Source: a virus (lineage: Duplodnaviria > Caudoviricetes). Taken from it: DNA of 64,000 nucleotides. The stretch lies in IMG/VR virus record IMGVR_UViG_3300035208_007487, one strand, 5' to 3'. Below are positions 1-11,280 of the stretch, piece by piece. Under the pieces are notes generated by a model. The model saw only the letters and a list, made by a program, of their open reading frames with translations. It was not told the origin of the DNA and searched no databases. How positions within the stretch are numbered: position 1 is the first letter of the stretch; each line of letters starts with the position of its first letter. Made by a program: the position numbers and the translations under genes.

Positions 1-1169
1 TATTTGCCCGAAGGTGAATGTTTATCCATCAGCCAGAGCGCATAGTATTGTAGATTTTTAGCAGCGTTAACATCACGATCATGATGCACACCACAATTGC
101 TACAAGTCCATTCTCTATCTGATAGTTTCAATTCATTATGTTTATGCCCGCAAACACTACAATACCTAGAAGAAGCATAGAAGGTAGGAGCCATTATTAA
201 ATGGATTCTTGCCCATGCACACTTGTATTTCAAAGTATCTCTAATTTTACCAAAAGAAGAATCTAAAATAGAACTTGCTAATTTATGATTCTTGGACATA
301 TTTTTTGGCTTTAATGTTTCAATAACAATGGCCTTTGGTTTGGCTTTTACCAAAGAACTTGTCAATTTATGCACAGTATCATTGCGGATATCCGCAACTC
401 TTTTGTGAACTCTTGACAACCTTGTTATAGCTTTCTTTCTGTTGTTACTTCCTTTTATTCTTCTTGATACCATTCGCTGATATCGTTGAAGCTTCTTTAG
501 ATGCGATTTATATGCTTTCGGATTCTTGAAAGTATTACCTTCACTAGTAATCGCCAATTCTTTGATCCCTAAATCTACTCCTAATATATCATTAATTGAA
601 ATATCTTCAAGTTGTGATAATTCTGGGGTTTCAATATCTTCTTTAATAAAAAATGAAACAAACCATCTATCTGCTTGGCGGGATACAGTTGCTTGACTTA
701 ATTTTATCTTCCCTTCATGTATTGGATAATTCTTCTCCTTTAATCTAATCTTGCCTAATATTGGTAATTGAGCATAATTAGATGCAATAAAAGTTTGACC
801 GCATAATCTAAATGAATCTCTTTGGCCCCGCTTCTTGAATTTTGGATAACCTGATTTTTTAGCAAAGAATCGTTTAAATGCTTGTTCTAAGTCTCTTAAT
901 GATTCTTGCCCACAGCATTTAGACACTTGGCTTATCCAAGTTTTTTCTTTTTTTAATAATATTAAATCTTTATACCAATCTATGGCAGTACCTAATTTAA
1001 TTTTATATTTATTTGCATTTTGAGATATTTTGAATTCTTTGTAATTATTGCTTATTATGGCTAATCTATTATTATATGCAAAGCGAGCAACTCCTGCACT
1101 ATTATAACAAAGAGCTGTTTGAGTATTATTGAGTTTTAATTCAAGCACATATCCACGCCATTTTATCAC
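1..1169 (-). CDS. tnpB: TnpB RNA-guided nuclease (IS200/IS605/IS607 OrfB), 3' end outside window
   Basis: Manual translation from GTG at 1169 gives VIKWRGYVLELKLNNTQTALCYNSAGVARFAYN...SKCCGQESLRDLE...GVDLGIKELA...IETLKPKNM...CSVCG...CSNCGVHHDRDVNAAKN. RuvC D/E/D residues and the Zn finger are present. Close paralog of 52036..53325. Confidence 0.93.
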   Translation of the reverse strand, partial: MIKWRGYVLELKLNNTQTALCYNSAGVARFAYNNRLAIISNNYKEFKISQNANKYKIKLGTAIDWYKDLILLKKEKTWISQVSKCCGQESLRDLEQAFKRFFAKKSGYPKFKKRGQRDSFRLCGQTFIASNYAQLPILGKIRLKEKNYPIHEGKIKLSQATVSRQADRWFVSFFIKEDIETPELSQLEDISINDILGVDLGIKELAITSEGNTFKNPKAYKSHLKKLQRYQRMVSRRIKGSNNRKKAITRLSRVHKRVADIRNDTVHKLTSSLVKAKPKAIVIETLKPKNMSKNHKLASSILDSSFGKIRDTLKYKCAWARIHLIMAPTFYASSRYCSVCGHKHNELKLSDREWTCSNCGVHHDRDVNAAKNLQYYALWLMDKHSPSGK

Positions 1170-1187
1170 TAATATTATTTATCTATT

Positions 1188-1517
1188 TTATACACTTAAA
1201 AAATACTCCTTAATATATGCAACTTCTCCAGAAAACATATTAATAATATCTTCAACTGATAAATTTTCTTTATAGTAATATTCTTCACATACTTGGCATA
1301 ATGCATCAATAGCTGTTTCAAATATTTCTATTTCTCCATATGATATATATTCGTTTATATCATCTGCTTCAAATTTAATTGAATTATTTTTAGTTTGGTA
1401 AACTGTTAAATTATCTAAATTAACTAGTGAAAATAATAATGTTATTGCAATTCCTTTAATATTTTGAGAAATTTGTGACATATTGTTAATCTTATCAATT
1501 GTTTTCTTAACATTCAT
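1188..1517 (-). CDS. hypothetical protein (late-type promoter)
   Basis: 109-aa ORF preceded by TAAATA-N6-ATG. Confidence 0.7.
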   Translation of the reverse strand: MNVKKTIDKINNMSQISQNIKGIAITLLFSLVNLDNLTVYQTKNNSIKFEADDINEYISYGEIEIFETAIDALCQVCEEYYYKENLSVEDIINMFSGEVAYIKEYFLSV

Positions 1518-1526
1518 ATGAAATAT

Positions 1527-2120
1527 TTATTGATTAGGTTCTTCAACTTTAGCTTCACTATAAGGAAGTGTTTTAAGTATTTTTAATATATCTGGATTAT
1601 AGCAAATTAAATCAGTAACTCCATTACCAACATATACCATAAATCCATCAATCTGATGAACTCTTAATCTAGATAATAATATATCTTCATGCCCATGATA
1701 ACAATCATACCATATAGATTGAATTAATTCTAATAAGGTATCATTACTTTCTATAAGTGATTCTCTCATTAATCTTTTAGCTCTAATTGGATCTTCATCC
1801 CAATTACTAAGAACCTCTAATTCATCAGGAAGAGCTCTAGTTAGGGCATTAAGCAAACCAATTGGATACTTTGTTTTTGAACCTTTTATATTTGTTCGTC
1901 TGGTTAATCTAACTTCATTTAAAAATCCATCTGGATAGGCGTAGCTAATTGCTTTATCTCTGCTTAAACTTAGATAAAATCCTGGCCCTAATTGGGCATT
2001 ACTATTTTCAGTTAGGGCATATCTATCTTCAAATTTATTAAACTTTACTTTACTGCCATGATACCAAATCTGAGGAATTGCTACAGATTCGTATAAACAT
2101 CCATTATACTCTAATTTCAT
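1527..2120 (-). CDS. tagged putative virion-internal protein, ADP-ribosyltransferase-like (ART-PolyVal type)
   Basis: N-terminal MKLEYNGCLYE tag; WYHGS...F..F...GPGFYLS...A.SYA and IDGFMV...ICYNP motifs typical of ART-fold domains. Confidence 0.75.
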   Translation of the reverse strand: MKLEYNGCLYESVAIPQIWYHGSKVKFNKFEDRYALTENSNAQLGPGFYLSLSRDKAISYAYPDGFLNEVRLTRRTNIKGSKTKYPIGLLNALTRALPDELEVLSNWDEDPIRAKRLMRESLIESNDTLLELIQSIWYDCYHGHEDILLSRLRVHQIDGFMVYVGNGVTDLICYNPDILKILKTLPYSEAKVEEPNQ

Positions 2121-2146
2121 ACTAAGTATTTAGATATAATTAAAAT

Positions 2147-3470
2147 ATGAGTGATATAACGGGCTACGGAATTAAATTAAATAAAGAATATAGGCCATAT
2201 TCAAAACTATCATTTAATGAATTCAACAAATCAAATAGTAGCCTTTCTAAGAAAGATATTGAAGAATCTTATGAGAAAACAATACATAAGGTTATAAAAT
2301 ATATTATTGCAATCGGTGCCGAAGAATTACAATCTCAATTAAAAAAATACTCTGAATATGACCCTATTGTAATAAATAGAGAATCAATATCTGAAAAAGA
2401 ATATGCTGAGTCTGGTAGTATGATGGGATTTGAAGTTAGATTATATGCGGATACTGAAATATTAGATAAAATGGTCGAAGCTGCTAAAAAAATAAAGCAG
2501 GATGAAAATATATATACTGAACCTATTAATGGTAAAATTAAAGAAAGTAAATTTAAAGATACATTAGATACTATTATTAAAGTATCGGCTAGGAGAAATA
2601 ATAATGCGTGAAACAATAACTTCTCATCAATTAGCTAAAGCATTACTTGAAGATGAAGACTTGCCTATTCTTATGATTGTAAATGGCCACACATATAGTT
2701 CAGAAGCCCATAAGTATTCACATGGAGAAATTAAATTAGGAATAAGCACTATAATATATGCTAGTGGATATTCTAAACATATTGTTATAGGACATATGTT
2801 AGAAACTGAGGATAATATTATGGATATTCGAAGTATCAATAAAGATGTCTAGGCAAATATTAGAAACTTGTTATTTCTGTCCATTTTGTAAAAAGAAAAG
2901 TGGAACTTTAATTAATGGTAATTGTCCAGACTGTGGAAATCATTATGTAAATCATGAATTAATTCTTTCAAACGATTCAATAATAGTAGTTATTGCAATA
3001 TTACTATTTTTAATATTAATATGGCGCTATATATGAATGAATTATTTGCTTTAGTTATATTGGGATGTATCGAAATATTAGTATTGTTATTACATAATTT
3101 TATTGAAAATCATCCTACTTTATATAATACATTAAGATATTATGGGAAATTTACTAACTGCTGTGATATGGTTGGATATGATAAAAAATTATCAAAATTT
3201 TCATATGATACTTATATTTGCAAAAAATGTAATAGAAAATATATTGAAGTTGATGGGAGAAAGCTAGTAAAATTTAAAGCATTAACTATAAAACAAACTT
3301 ATAAAGAAATTACTTATACTATGCATAGAACTAAAGTTAAGCGTATTATTAATCCAATTCTACGCAAAATACAATTTTTTACAAATAAGCCTTATGTAAT
3401 TGCTTCGGTAACTGATCATGGCTATTTTTTGTATTATAAAATAATGCGAGTCTTATATATAAAAATATAA
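2147..3470 (+). CDS. four small hypothetical genes (2147-2611, 2604-2852, 2845-3036 CxxC plus TM helix, 3021-3470)
   Basis: Overlapping start/stop operon; first gene preceded by TATAAT-N6-ATG. Confidence 0.65.
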
Positions 3471-3475
3471 AATAA

Positions 3476-4216
3476 TCACATTTTCATTTGCTCTACTATT
3501 TCTGGTGAAAAATGCGATCTAATGACATTTGAAATTTTATGCTCAATAGCAGAAATCTTTTCATAGCTAACATTAAAATATTCATGACATTCAGCTAATG
3601 TTTTATATCCACATGAATGACTAATAAAAATCTTTTGTTCAGTTTTATCAAAATTGCATAATATCGAATCTATCTTATTTTTTATTGAAATAGCATCCAA
3701 GCCGTCTTCAGCTTCAGTGGATGAATAAGTTTCTTGTTCAATTGTGTCAAATATATCTAATTCTTCACCGTCTAAATTAATAACTTTATTAACATATTGA
3801 GTTTTTTCATTTGGCAATCCTTTTTTATAATTTCTAATTGAAGCATTTACTCTAGCTGCGGGCATCCTAATTACGCCATTATAACTAATATTCAAAAATA
3901 TTAACAGGCTTTTTTTAATATGCCAAACAATATACGTTAAAAATGTATTAGTTTTATCATCTTTAAATTCTTCAATTCCCTCACTAGCACCAATAATACC
4001 TTCATTAAAAATTTCATTAATATCTATTAATGTTTTAGTATAATAATATCTAGCACATGCAAATATGAATTTGTAAATAGAAGCTAATGCTAAATTCTTA
4101 TATGAAATATCATGAGTTTCATGATATTTTTTAACCAAAGCTTTTTGCTCATCTGAGCTTAATGAAATAGCTTTCTTTAAAATCAATTCCATGTTTGGAT
4201 TTAATTGAACATACAT
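3476..4216 (-). CDS. sigma70-family RNA polymerase sigma factor
   Basis: Region-2-like DINEIFNEGIIGASEGIEEF...FLTYIVWHIKKSL, VIRMP, and region-4 HTH TLAECHEYFNVSYEKISAIE. Confidence 0.8.
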   Translation of the reverse strand: MYVQLNPNMELILKKAISLSSDEQKALVKKYHETHDISYKNLALASIYKFIFACARYYYTKTLIDINEIFNEGIIGASEGIEEFKDDKTNTFLTYIVWHIKKSLLIFLNISYNGVIRMPAARVNASIRNYKKGLPNEKTQYVNKVINLDGEELDIFDTIEQETYSSTEAEDGLDAISIKNKIDSILCNFDKTEQKIFISHSCGYKTLAECHEYFNVSYEKISAIEHKISNVIRSHFSPEIVEQMKM

Positions 4217-4971
4217 TATTTTTTGCTCTTTTTAGTTGGCATTTTTCTAAAAGACCATTTATCGTATCCCTTAGATTCTGCTATAACTTTATCACTTCCA
4301 ACTGGCATTGGAGGAGTTTTAGTATTCGCAAGAATGCCTCCAAGATACATTTCAATCTCTTGAAAAGCAATATAAGGTTTAATTATTCTATGAAAATTAA
4401 AATCTTTAAGTATAGGATTTTTGATTAATATACTAAGAATTCCTTCTTTTAATAATACATTTGAAATATTACTTATAGGCATTCCAAATATTTTTTCTTC
4501 ACTAACTTGGGATAATCCTTCGCCCTTAAAAATCCTTTCACTTATTCCACAATCATAATAATAATAATTATCCCCAGACATAATTACAAAAATAGGGCAA
4601 TCTAAAGCCCTAAAGATATTATGATTAATTACTGGAGCAAAGCTAGGGGCTTTTCTCCAAGGAATGTCTTCAATTATGTTACAATAATCTTTATAAACAT
4701 TTTTCTTTTCAGCATACCTATCTTTAAGTATATTATAATCTTTTTCAAGATGAGGATATAAAATACCATCAATAGTGATAAGACATTGATACAATACTCC
4801 GCAAAATCCAATTACAGCATTGCAATTAGTATTGATTTTATATTTGTCAAATAGATCACTACCTAGTTCATAAGATTGAACTCTTGAATATATTGGATAA
4901 TCTTCAGAGTTTCCAGTAAAAGACATTCCAATATCATAATAATCTTTAATTTTTTCTCCAAGTATTCTCAT
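4216..4971 (-). CDS. conserved phage hypothetical protein
   Basis: 251-aa ORF translationally coupled to the sigma gene; C-terminal AFQEIEMYLGG...KGYDKWSFRK motif. Confidence 0.7.
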   Translation of the reverse strand: MRILGEKIKDYYDIGMSFTGNSEDYPIYSRVQSYELGSDLFDKYKINTNCNAVIGFCGVLYQCLITIDGILYPHLEKDYNILKDRYAEKKNVYKDYCNIIEDIPWRKAPSFAPVINHNIFRALDCPIFVIMSGDNYYYYDCGISERIFKGEGLSQVSEEKIFGMPISNISNVLLKEGILSILIKNPILKDFNFHRIIKPYIAFQEIEMYLGGILANTKTPPMPVGSDKVIAESKGYDKWSFRKMPTKKSKK

Positions 4972-4972
4972 T

Positions 4973-6776
4973 TCACACCTTTGTTTGAAAATTTCTCATG
5001 AATACTTTACGAATTAATGGACGATGATGATTTGATTTATATAATTCAATCCAGGAATGCCCGCAATCGCACCTACAATAAATTACATGAGATGGGCCTT
5101 CACATTTAGCCGAAATCGTGAAACTAGTTGAAGAACTAGCTCCTTCTTTTTCTAGCGCAATAGATGAATATTCAATTGCTCCACATTTAGGACAAGCAAA
5201 TTGTTCTTCTAAGGCTACATCATTTTCATCTAATTCAAGTTGGTTAACTTTATTTAATTGCATTTTCCACTTTCATTATGAAGGGGCACCAATCTGGAAC
5301 ACTTGATTCTTTTTTGGCATTATATGGACGACATCCAGTAGTTGAATAACAATCTTTTTTAAATTTGCAGCCGATTTTAATATCATCATCACAAAAATCA
5401 TCATATGGATCAGGATCAGATTCAATTGTATGAGCTGGGCATTCAATACAAGTAGAAATGCTTAAATCCCCTACATTAGCTATATTACTCATATTGGCTC
5501 CTTATTTATGGGCTGTCTAAAAATTATACAATTATACAGACTAGGTGTCAATTATTTTACCAGGAATTTTTACATCCTCGAACCATTCAGACAATAAAAA
5601 AGCTACAGCGGCTGATTTATGTTCATGCTTAGGTTCCCAACTACTCTGAATTGCCATCAAATGCTTTAAAGCAGTTTGTCCATCAATTCCTTCTTTTTCG
5701 ATAAAATCAGTATCTCCAGATAATCCTTCAAAGAACCAAATACTTTGAATTTTATTCCATTTACTCTGACCTTCTTTAAATTCATTTGGAATATCTTCCC
5801 ACTTAGGTAATAATTTTTCCATATCACCTCCAAAGACCATCTCAACTTTGCTAATTTCTTTAGGTAAATATTTCATGATTATCTCCTTTATTAAATAAAA
5901 TGCCTCTTCCTAGTTTTATAGAAAGAGGCATAATATTTACAATTTAGCTAATTACTTAGAGACAGTTGGCTTAACACTATCTTTTTCAATAGATATACTA
6001 TTGATAAAGAAATCTTCAGTGCAAAAAGTTGCACGAGCCTGTTGATAGTTAATTTTTAAGATGAAACCACTATCAATAGCCTTGTTGATTAATACTGCTT
6101 GCGAATCAGAAGTAACCACGAATTCATGGTCTTCTGTAGACATAGATCCCACACCATTCCGCATGATTCCCAAAGACGCATCTAATAATGTGTAATTAGG
6201 GCAAAGGATAGGATTCACTTTAATCAGTTTTTTAGGCTGTGCAATGGTATTATTATCAGTAGATGAATATCCAAAACATCCACCGAGCATGCAAAGCATG
6301 GTTAATCCGATTGCTAATCCAAGTTTCTTCATTGTTCTTCTTTCTGATTGAGTGGAAAATTATTCTTCGTCGTCATCATCTAGATCATGAACAATCTGAT
6401 TTAATCTATCAATTGTTCCAAATGGTGTATCATGATTATCATCATCATCAAATGCTCTAGACATTGGTCTAATTCCAGTTACATCTAAACCAATATCTAA
6501 AGGTAATTTGGCAATATCACCTAAAGCACTAAACAACCCCATTTTAAGCTCCTTTTATTCAATTATATCGCTAGCTAAATCAATGCATGCTTCAGTTATG
6601 CATACACAGCTATATTTTTCTCGTCCAGGTATTCTATCAATTTGCTTTACAATATAGGCTTGCCCATATGCCAATGATTCATCAATAGGTGCTCCTACAA
6701 TAATACCACGATATCCTTCTTTTTTATCATCTATTCGCTTGATAATAATTTCAGTTCCTTCTGGATAGTATCGCAC
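4973..6776 (-). CDS. cluster of small hypothetical genes (4973-5263 and 5250-5492 Cys-rich; 5541-5876; 5952-6332 lipoprotein; 6360-6542 acidic; 6555-6776)
   Basis: ORF track; GGAG RBS upstream of several; LGGC lipobox in 5952-6332. Confidence 0.65.
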
Positions 6777-6868
6777 ATATTCTCCTTTATTTTTGAGTGA
6801 ATATTTTTCACACTAAATAAAATATCTTGCTTAATGTGATGAAATCACCTAATTCTACGTTAAATAAT

Positions 6869-7780
6869 TTATTCATCCTCAACAAATTTTCCATTAATCA
6901 TTTTATAAAACGTATTGGCTTTAATGCGCTTTCCATCAATTTTCAAGGTGCTGCAATTAATGATTTCCCCATTAATCCATTCAGATAAAGTCAAAAAATC
7001 ACCTAAAGCTCCTTTGGCTTTGCTATCAGGTCCAAATGCAACTGCTAAAGATTGCTCTCCACTAACAATTGCTTGACTGCTAGTGCCTACTGTGGATGCT
7101 AAAGATTGTTTTCCACTATTTGAGGCTAATGAACGATATCCACTATTTGAGGCTGATGACCAATTTCCACTATTTGAGGCTAATGAACGATATCCACTAT
7201 TTGAGGCTGATGACCAATTTCCACTATTTGAGGCTGATGAACGATTTCCACTATTTGAGGCTGATGAACAATCTCCACTATTTGAAGCTGATGAACAATC
7301 TCCACTATTTGAAGCTGATGAACAATCTCCACTATTTGAGGCTGATGAACGATTTCCACTATTTGAGGCTGATGAACAATCTCCACTATTGCTGGCTAAT
7401 GAACAATCTCCACTATTTGAAGCTGATGAACAATCTCCACTATTTGAGGCTACTGAACAATCCTTAGTTTGATGCTCTTTAGACTTAGCATATTCAGCGC
7501 ATAATTGGGTATATTCAATAATATCAATTTCTTTAATAATAGTTATTTTTGTACCGGCCTGTTTAGAGTCCTTAGATTCACCATTAACAATTCCATCAAG
7601 TTCTACTTCACAGAATCTAGATTCTCCTGGATTATAGTAAGAAAATACATCTAGTGGGTTTGTGCAAGCATGAAAGCCCTCTTGACATAGCTCTGCATGA
7701 TCTGTTACATAGGTCTTACCTATTTCGTATTGAAAATCTCTGCACTGCAAATTCTTATCAAATCCCTTAAAACATTTCAT
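6869..7780 (-). CDS. phage protein (DUF7666-like N-domain) with 9-aa SSASNSG repeats
   Basis: KGFDKNLQCRDFQYEIGKTY...CQEGFHAC.NPLDVFSYY N-domain followed by about 13 xxS[SLV]ASNSG repeats. Confidence 0.8.
   Translation of the reverse strand: MKCFKGFDKNLQCRDFQYEIGKTYVTDHAELCQEGFHACTNPLDVFSYYNPGESRFCEVELDGIVNGESKDSKQAGTKITIIKEIDIIEYTQLCAEYAKSKEHQTKDCSVASNSGDCSSASNSGDCSLASNSGDCSSASNSGNRSSASNSGDCSSASNSGDCSSASNSGDCSSASNSGNRSSASNSGNWSSASNSGYRSLASNSGNWSSASNSGYRSLASNSGKQSLASTVGTSSQAIVSGEQSLAVAFGPDSKAKGALGDFLTLSEWINGEIINCSTLKIDGKRIKANTFYKMINGKFVEDE
7113..7462. repeat. 27-bp coding tandem repeat, about 13 units
   Basis: Unit approximately TCCACTATTTGAGGCTGATGAACAATC repeated head to tail with no spacers. 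Confidence 0.95.
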
Positions 7781-7846
7781 TTTCTAGCACTCTCTTTCCA
7801 TTTTATGGGTGTGATTATTCAGATCTAACTGGAGACTCATTAATTT

Positions 7847-9876
7847 TTATTTTTGGGTAAATATATCTCGGCTTAATTTTATGATTTTGACCAGCATACC
7901 AAAGTCATCTAATTCACCTACATATACTAAATTATCATTTTGAATAATTTTTAATTCGGCTGAATGTTTATAGCCATAACGATATATAGATAATTGTATA
8001 TTTCTTTGATGAAGTAATTCTAAATATTGAGTTTCCTCCAATGATAATGTCCAATAAAATCCATTATCATTGCAATAAATGTCACATTTAATATCTTCTA
8101 ATAATTTCAATAATGTTGCAATATCTTCATCTGTGAAATTATCAGCTACATAAAATAATCCATTTAAATAGGTAAATGATTTCATCTTAAGAATAGCTTT
8201 CTATATGTTTTTTATAGCAAGAAGGAATTTCGCCACTTTCAACCCTTAATGTAATTAATTTAAGATAGTTTGTAAACTCATTTGAATGATATTTGATTAT
8301 ACTTAATGCAACTAATATTGAATAACTAATTTGAGCATTAAAATTTGCTTCACTAAATTCTTTAATAAAATTATCCAAATGTTTTAGGTCATCTCTATTA
8401 CCTAATACTTCTTTATATATTAGTTGCATGGCTTCAAATTCACCTGCACTATTATTTAATTCTTGTAATTTATTAATTATTTCAAGCATATTGGATCTAT
8501 TAGTTATTAGGTTCTAGCTGCAATAGTTGTAGCTAATACAATGGTATCTGCAAAAATAATCATACATATATTATCATAGTCAATAGAATGATCTTTTTTA
8601 TATTCAATTATTGTTATTTTAATGAATTCTGCATTAATACAAATTAATAGAATCCAAAATATTAGCAGAATCATATTTTCGCCTTAGCCTTAAAGTAGCA
8701 AAAAAGTAAGCTACAATCTACAAAAACTATTGGAAATAATGCATACATTAAATACCAGCCTCTAATACATTTATCAATTATTATTTTCTTAATATAATCA
8801 AAATTTAAATAAACAACATATAATGCACAGATTATTAAAATTATTTTACTCATTTTATTATTTTCATCTAATTATTAGTTTTTGGCCTAATTCATACATT
8901 GGCATTTTTCCATCCCATTTGGACAATATTAACAACTTAACCGAATGCAAGATGCCTTCATATTTTGGATTATATCCCATATCAAGATAAGCCGCATGTA
9001 GTTTTGTTGCAATTTTACTATCATCCCAATCATGAATTAATGCTTGCCCAATATAGTCTTGCATACTCATTATAAGATTATGCTCTTTACAAAACTTCAA
9101 TGAATCAACTAATGGATAGCCACTTTCATCTTCCATTTCAAAAATACCATATACTAATCCATTAAATATTCTAAGACTCATAATATTTTTCGCTCCTTAA
9201 ACCAAGTTCAATTTTTCTATTATTAATCCAATTCTGCTTAACAGTATTTAAATACTCTTTATATTCATTTTCAAGTACGTCATATATTTTACTATCAATA
9301 TATTCAGAAATTTTCAATAAAAATTCTTCAGGTATCTTAAATTCTACCCGAAAGCGATCAATGTGATTTCCGAATGAATCCATATCATCATATACACGCA
9401 TATTAGCAACTAAAGCATAATAATCATCATTATAATAAATGAGACAGGTGGGAGTTATTTTATCAAATCTATACCAATTTATTTCATCTTCGATATTGTC
9501 AGTTACAATTAGACTTAATTTAATATATCGAATTATTGATTCTTTAGTAATTAATTTTCTTAATTCATTAATTAAATTTATATTATGTTCAATTTTAATG
9601 TTTTTTATTAACTTTAATTTCTTAGTTAATCTAGGCAATTTACGACTAATATCATTTTCAAACATTTTTAGCTTTCATATTATCTAATTCATTGTGCATT
9701 TCCAGCAAATTAATATTGAAATTATGATCTAAGCATTCATCATGAATAAATCCCTTAAAACTTATTAAATCAAATTTAGAACCAAATCCAAATCTAAATT
9801 CAACATATCCTCCATTATTTAAACAGCCATGCTCTTCAGTTACTTCATGCCCGCATACGAAACAGGTTTTTGGCAT
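7847..9876 (-). CDS. cluster of small hypothetical genes (7847-8185, 8187-8489, 8671-8853, 8864-9181, 9171-9665, 9658-9876)
   Basis: Closely packed co-oriented ORFs. Confidence 0.6.
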
Positions 9877-9993
9877 ACTTTCCCCTAAATTTATTAGTTA
9901 TTGAATATTACATATCTAATATAACAAAATTATATAAAGATGTAAATGTAAAAGTTAGTTAATTTCCATTTTTAACTAAAAACATACTAGAGA

Positions 9994-11280
9994 CTAATTT
10001 AATATTTCTAACTTTTCCTTAATATATTCTACAACATCACTTGACAAAGACTCATCATATTTGTTTTTATGTTCAATCCAATGCAATTTATTTTCTGCAC
10101 TTATTAATGGATTTTTAAACATCTCTAATAATTTAGCTAAATCTAAACCATTCACATTATCCATATGCAATACTGAACCAAGCATCATTGAAGTTGGAAC
10201 TAATATGAAGGCAGTAATATCCTCAGATGAAGCATTATTCTCAATTCCATACTTTAGCTCACTTTGGAAATTTTCAATATACTTAATATATTCATTAAAT
10301 TTAAACTCGCCAAATACATCAACAATCCAATCTATATTCTTTTCACTCAACTGCTGTAGCTCATCATAAAAAATAGAAGTCATCTCAATAATAGTTTTTT
10401 TATTAAACCCGAACATACAATGGGTATTAGTACTAAATCTACGAGATAATATGTTTCTAAATTTACTAGCAAATGGAATTTTATACTTATCAGGTATTGA
10501 ATCAAAAAATCCACTATTATTAAGTTTATATTCATAAAATTTAGGTATTTCATCAAATGATCTTAGTACCTTTTCACTACTTGAATTATAAAGAGCCTGT
10601 GATATTTCTTCATATGTAATTTTGTCATATAAATTAGGATGAGATTTAATATAATTGAATAAATCTACTTTAGTCTTTCCAACTATATTAGATGGAGTTT
10701 TGTCAAATAGAGTAACGTCTATTACATTGTACGAAGTAGGACTTAAAAATACTGCTTGGGCTGGTTCATTGGTATGTATAATTCCTCTATGATGATCAAC
10801 TACATAATCATATCCTAATTTCCGCAATAAAGAATTCCAGTTATTGGCATTTTTTGAATATTCCATAGTAGCATACCAAATATATCCCCCTGGACTTTTA
10901 AATAATGCCCCACTTTCTATATCGTGCATTTCTAAACTAGAAAAACCTAAAACTTTTAACTTTTCTAAATCATTGACTAAATTAGCCTCACTATAATGTT
11001 GTAGATCTAATTTAATAGTTCCTGGCCTAGGTTTTATAAAATATACATATCCATTTTTAGCTTCACTAGTATATTCTGGAACTTTTCCTTCCATGTCCTC
11101 TACATTATAGGCATAAATTCCATTTGGAGTCTCCCATTTAGATTTAGGATTAATTCCTATTTTATTAATATCTCTATATGAAAAATATACATCAGGATCT
11201 TGTTCATATTTTTCTCTTAATTCATCTACTGATGGATTTATTTTAGATTCATATAAAAATCCATTATAAGCAATCTTCAT
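9994..11280 (-). CDS. tagged putative virion-internal protein, paralog A (possible ART-fold N-domain)
   Basis: MKIAYNGFLYE tag; N-domain YFSYR.INKIGINPKS.W.TPNGIYAY...LGYDYVVD..GIIH.NEPAQAVFL shared with 11277 and 13135. Confidence 0.7.
   Translation of the reverse strand: MKIAYNGFLYESKINPSVDELREKYEQDPDVYFSYRDINKIGINPKSKWETPNGIYAYNVEDMEGKVPEYTSEAKNGYVYFIKPRPGTIKLDLQHYSEANLVNDLEKLKVLGFSSLEMHDIESGALFKSPGGYIWYATMEYSKNANNWNSLLRKLGYDYVVDHHRGIIHTNEPAQAVFLSPTSYNVIDVTLFDKTPSNIVGKTKVDLFNYIKSHPNLYDKITYEEISQALYNSSSEKVLRSFDEIPKFYEYKLNNSGFFDSIPDKYKIPFASKFRNILSRRFSTNTHCMFGFNKKTIIEMTSIFYDELQQLSEKNIDWIVDVFGEFKFNEYIKYIENFQSELKYGIENNASSEDITAFILVPTSMMLGSVLHMDNVNGLDLAKLLEMFKNPLISAENKLHWIEHKNKYDESLSSDVVEYIKEKLEILN

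Noticed and set aside
704-713. Orphan guide targeting the first tnpB (TTATCTTCCC match)
   Set aside because: Only about 10 nt match in an AT-rich genome with no TGGG-like TAM adjacent; likely chance.
7083-7472. CRISPR array, or real overlapping ORFs in other frames
   Set aside because: Head-to-tail 27-bp units with no spacers. The alternative-frame ORFs are by-products of a stop-free coding repeat.
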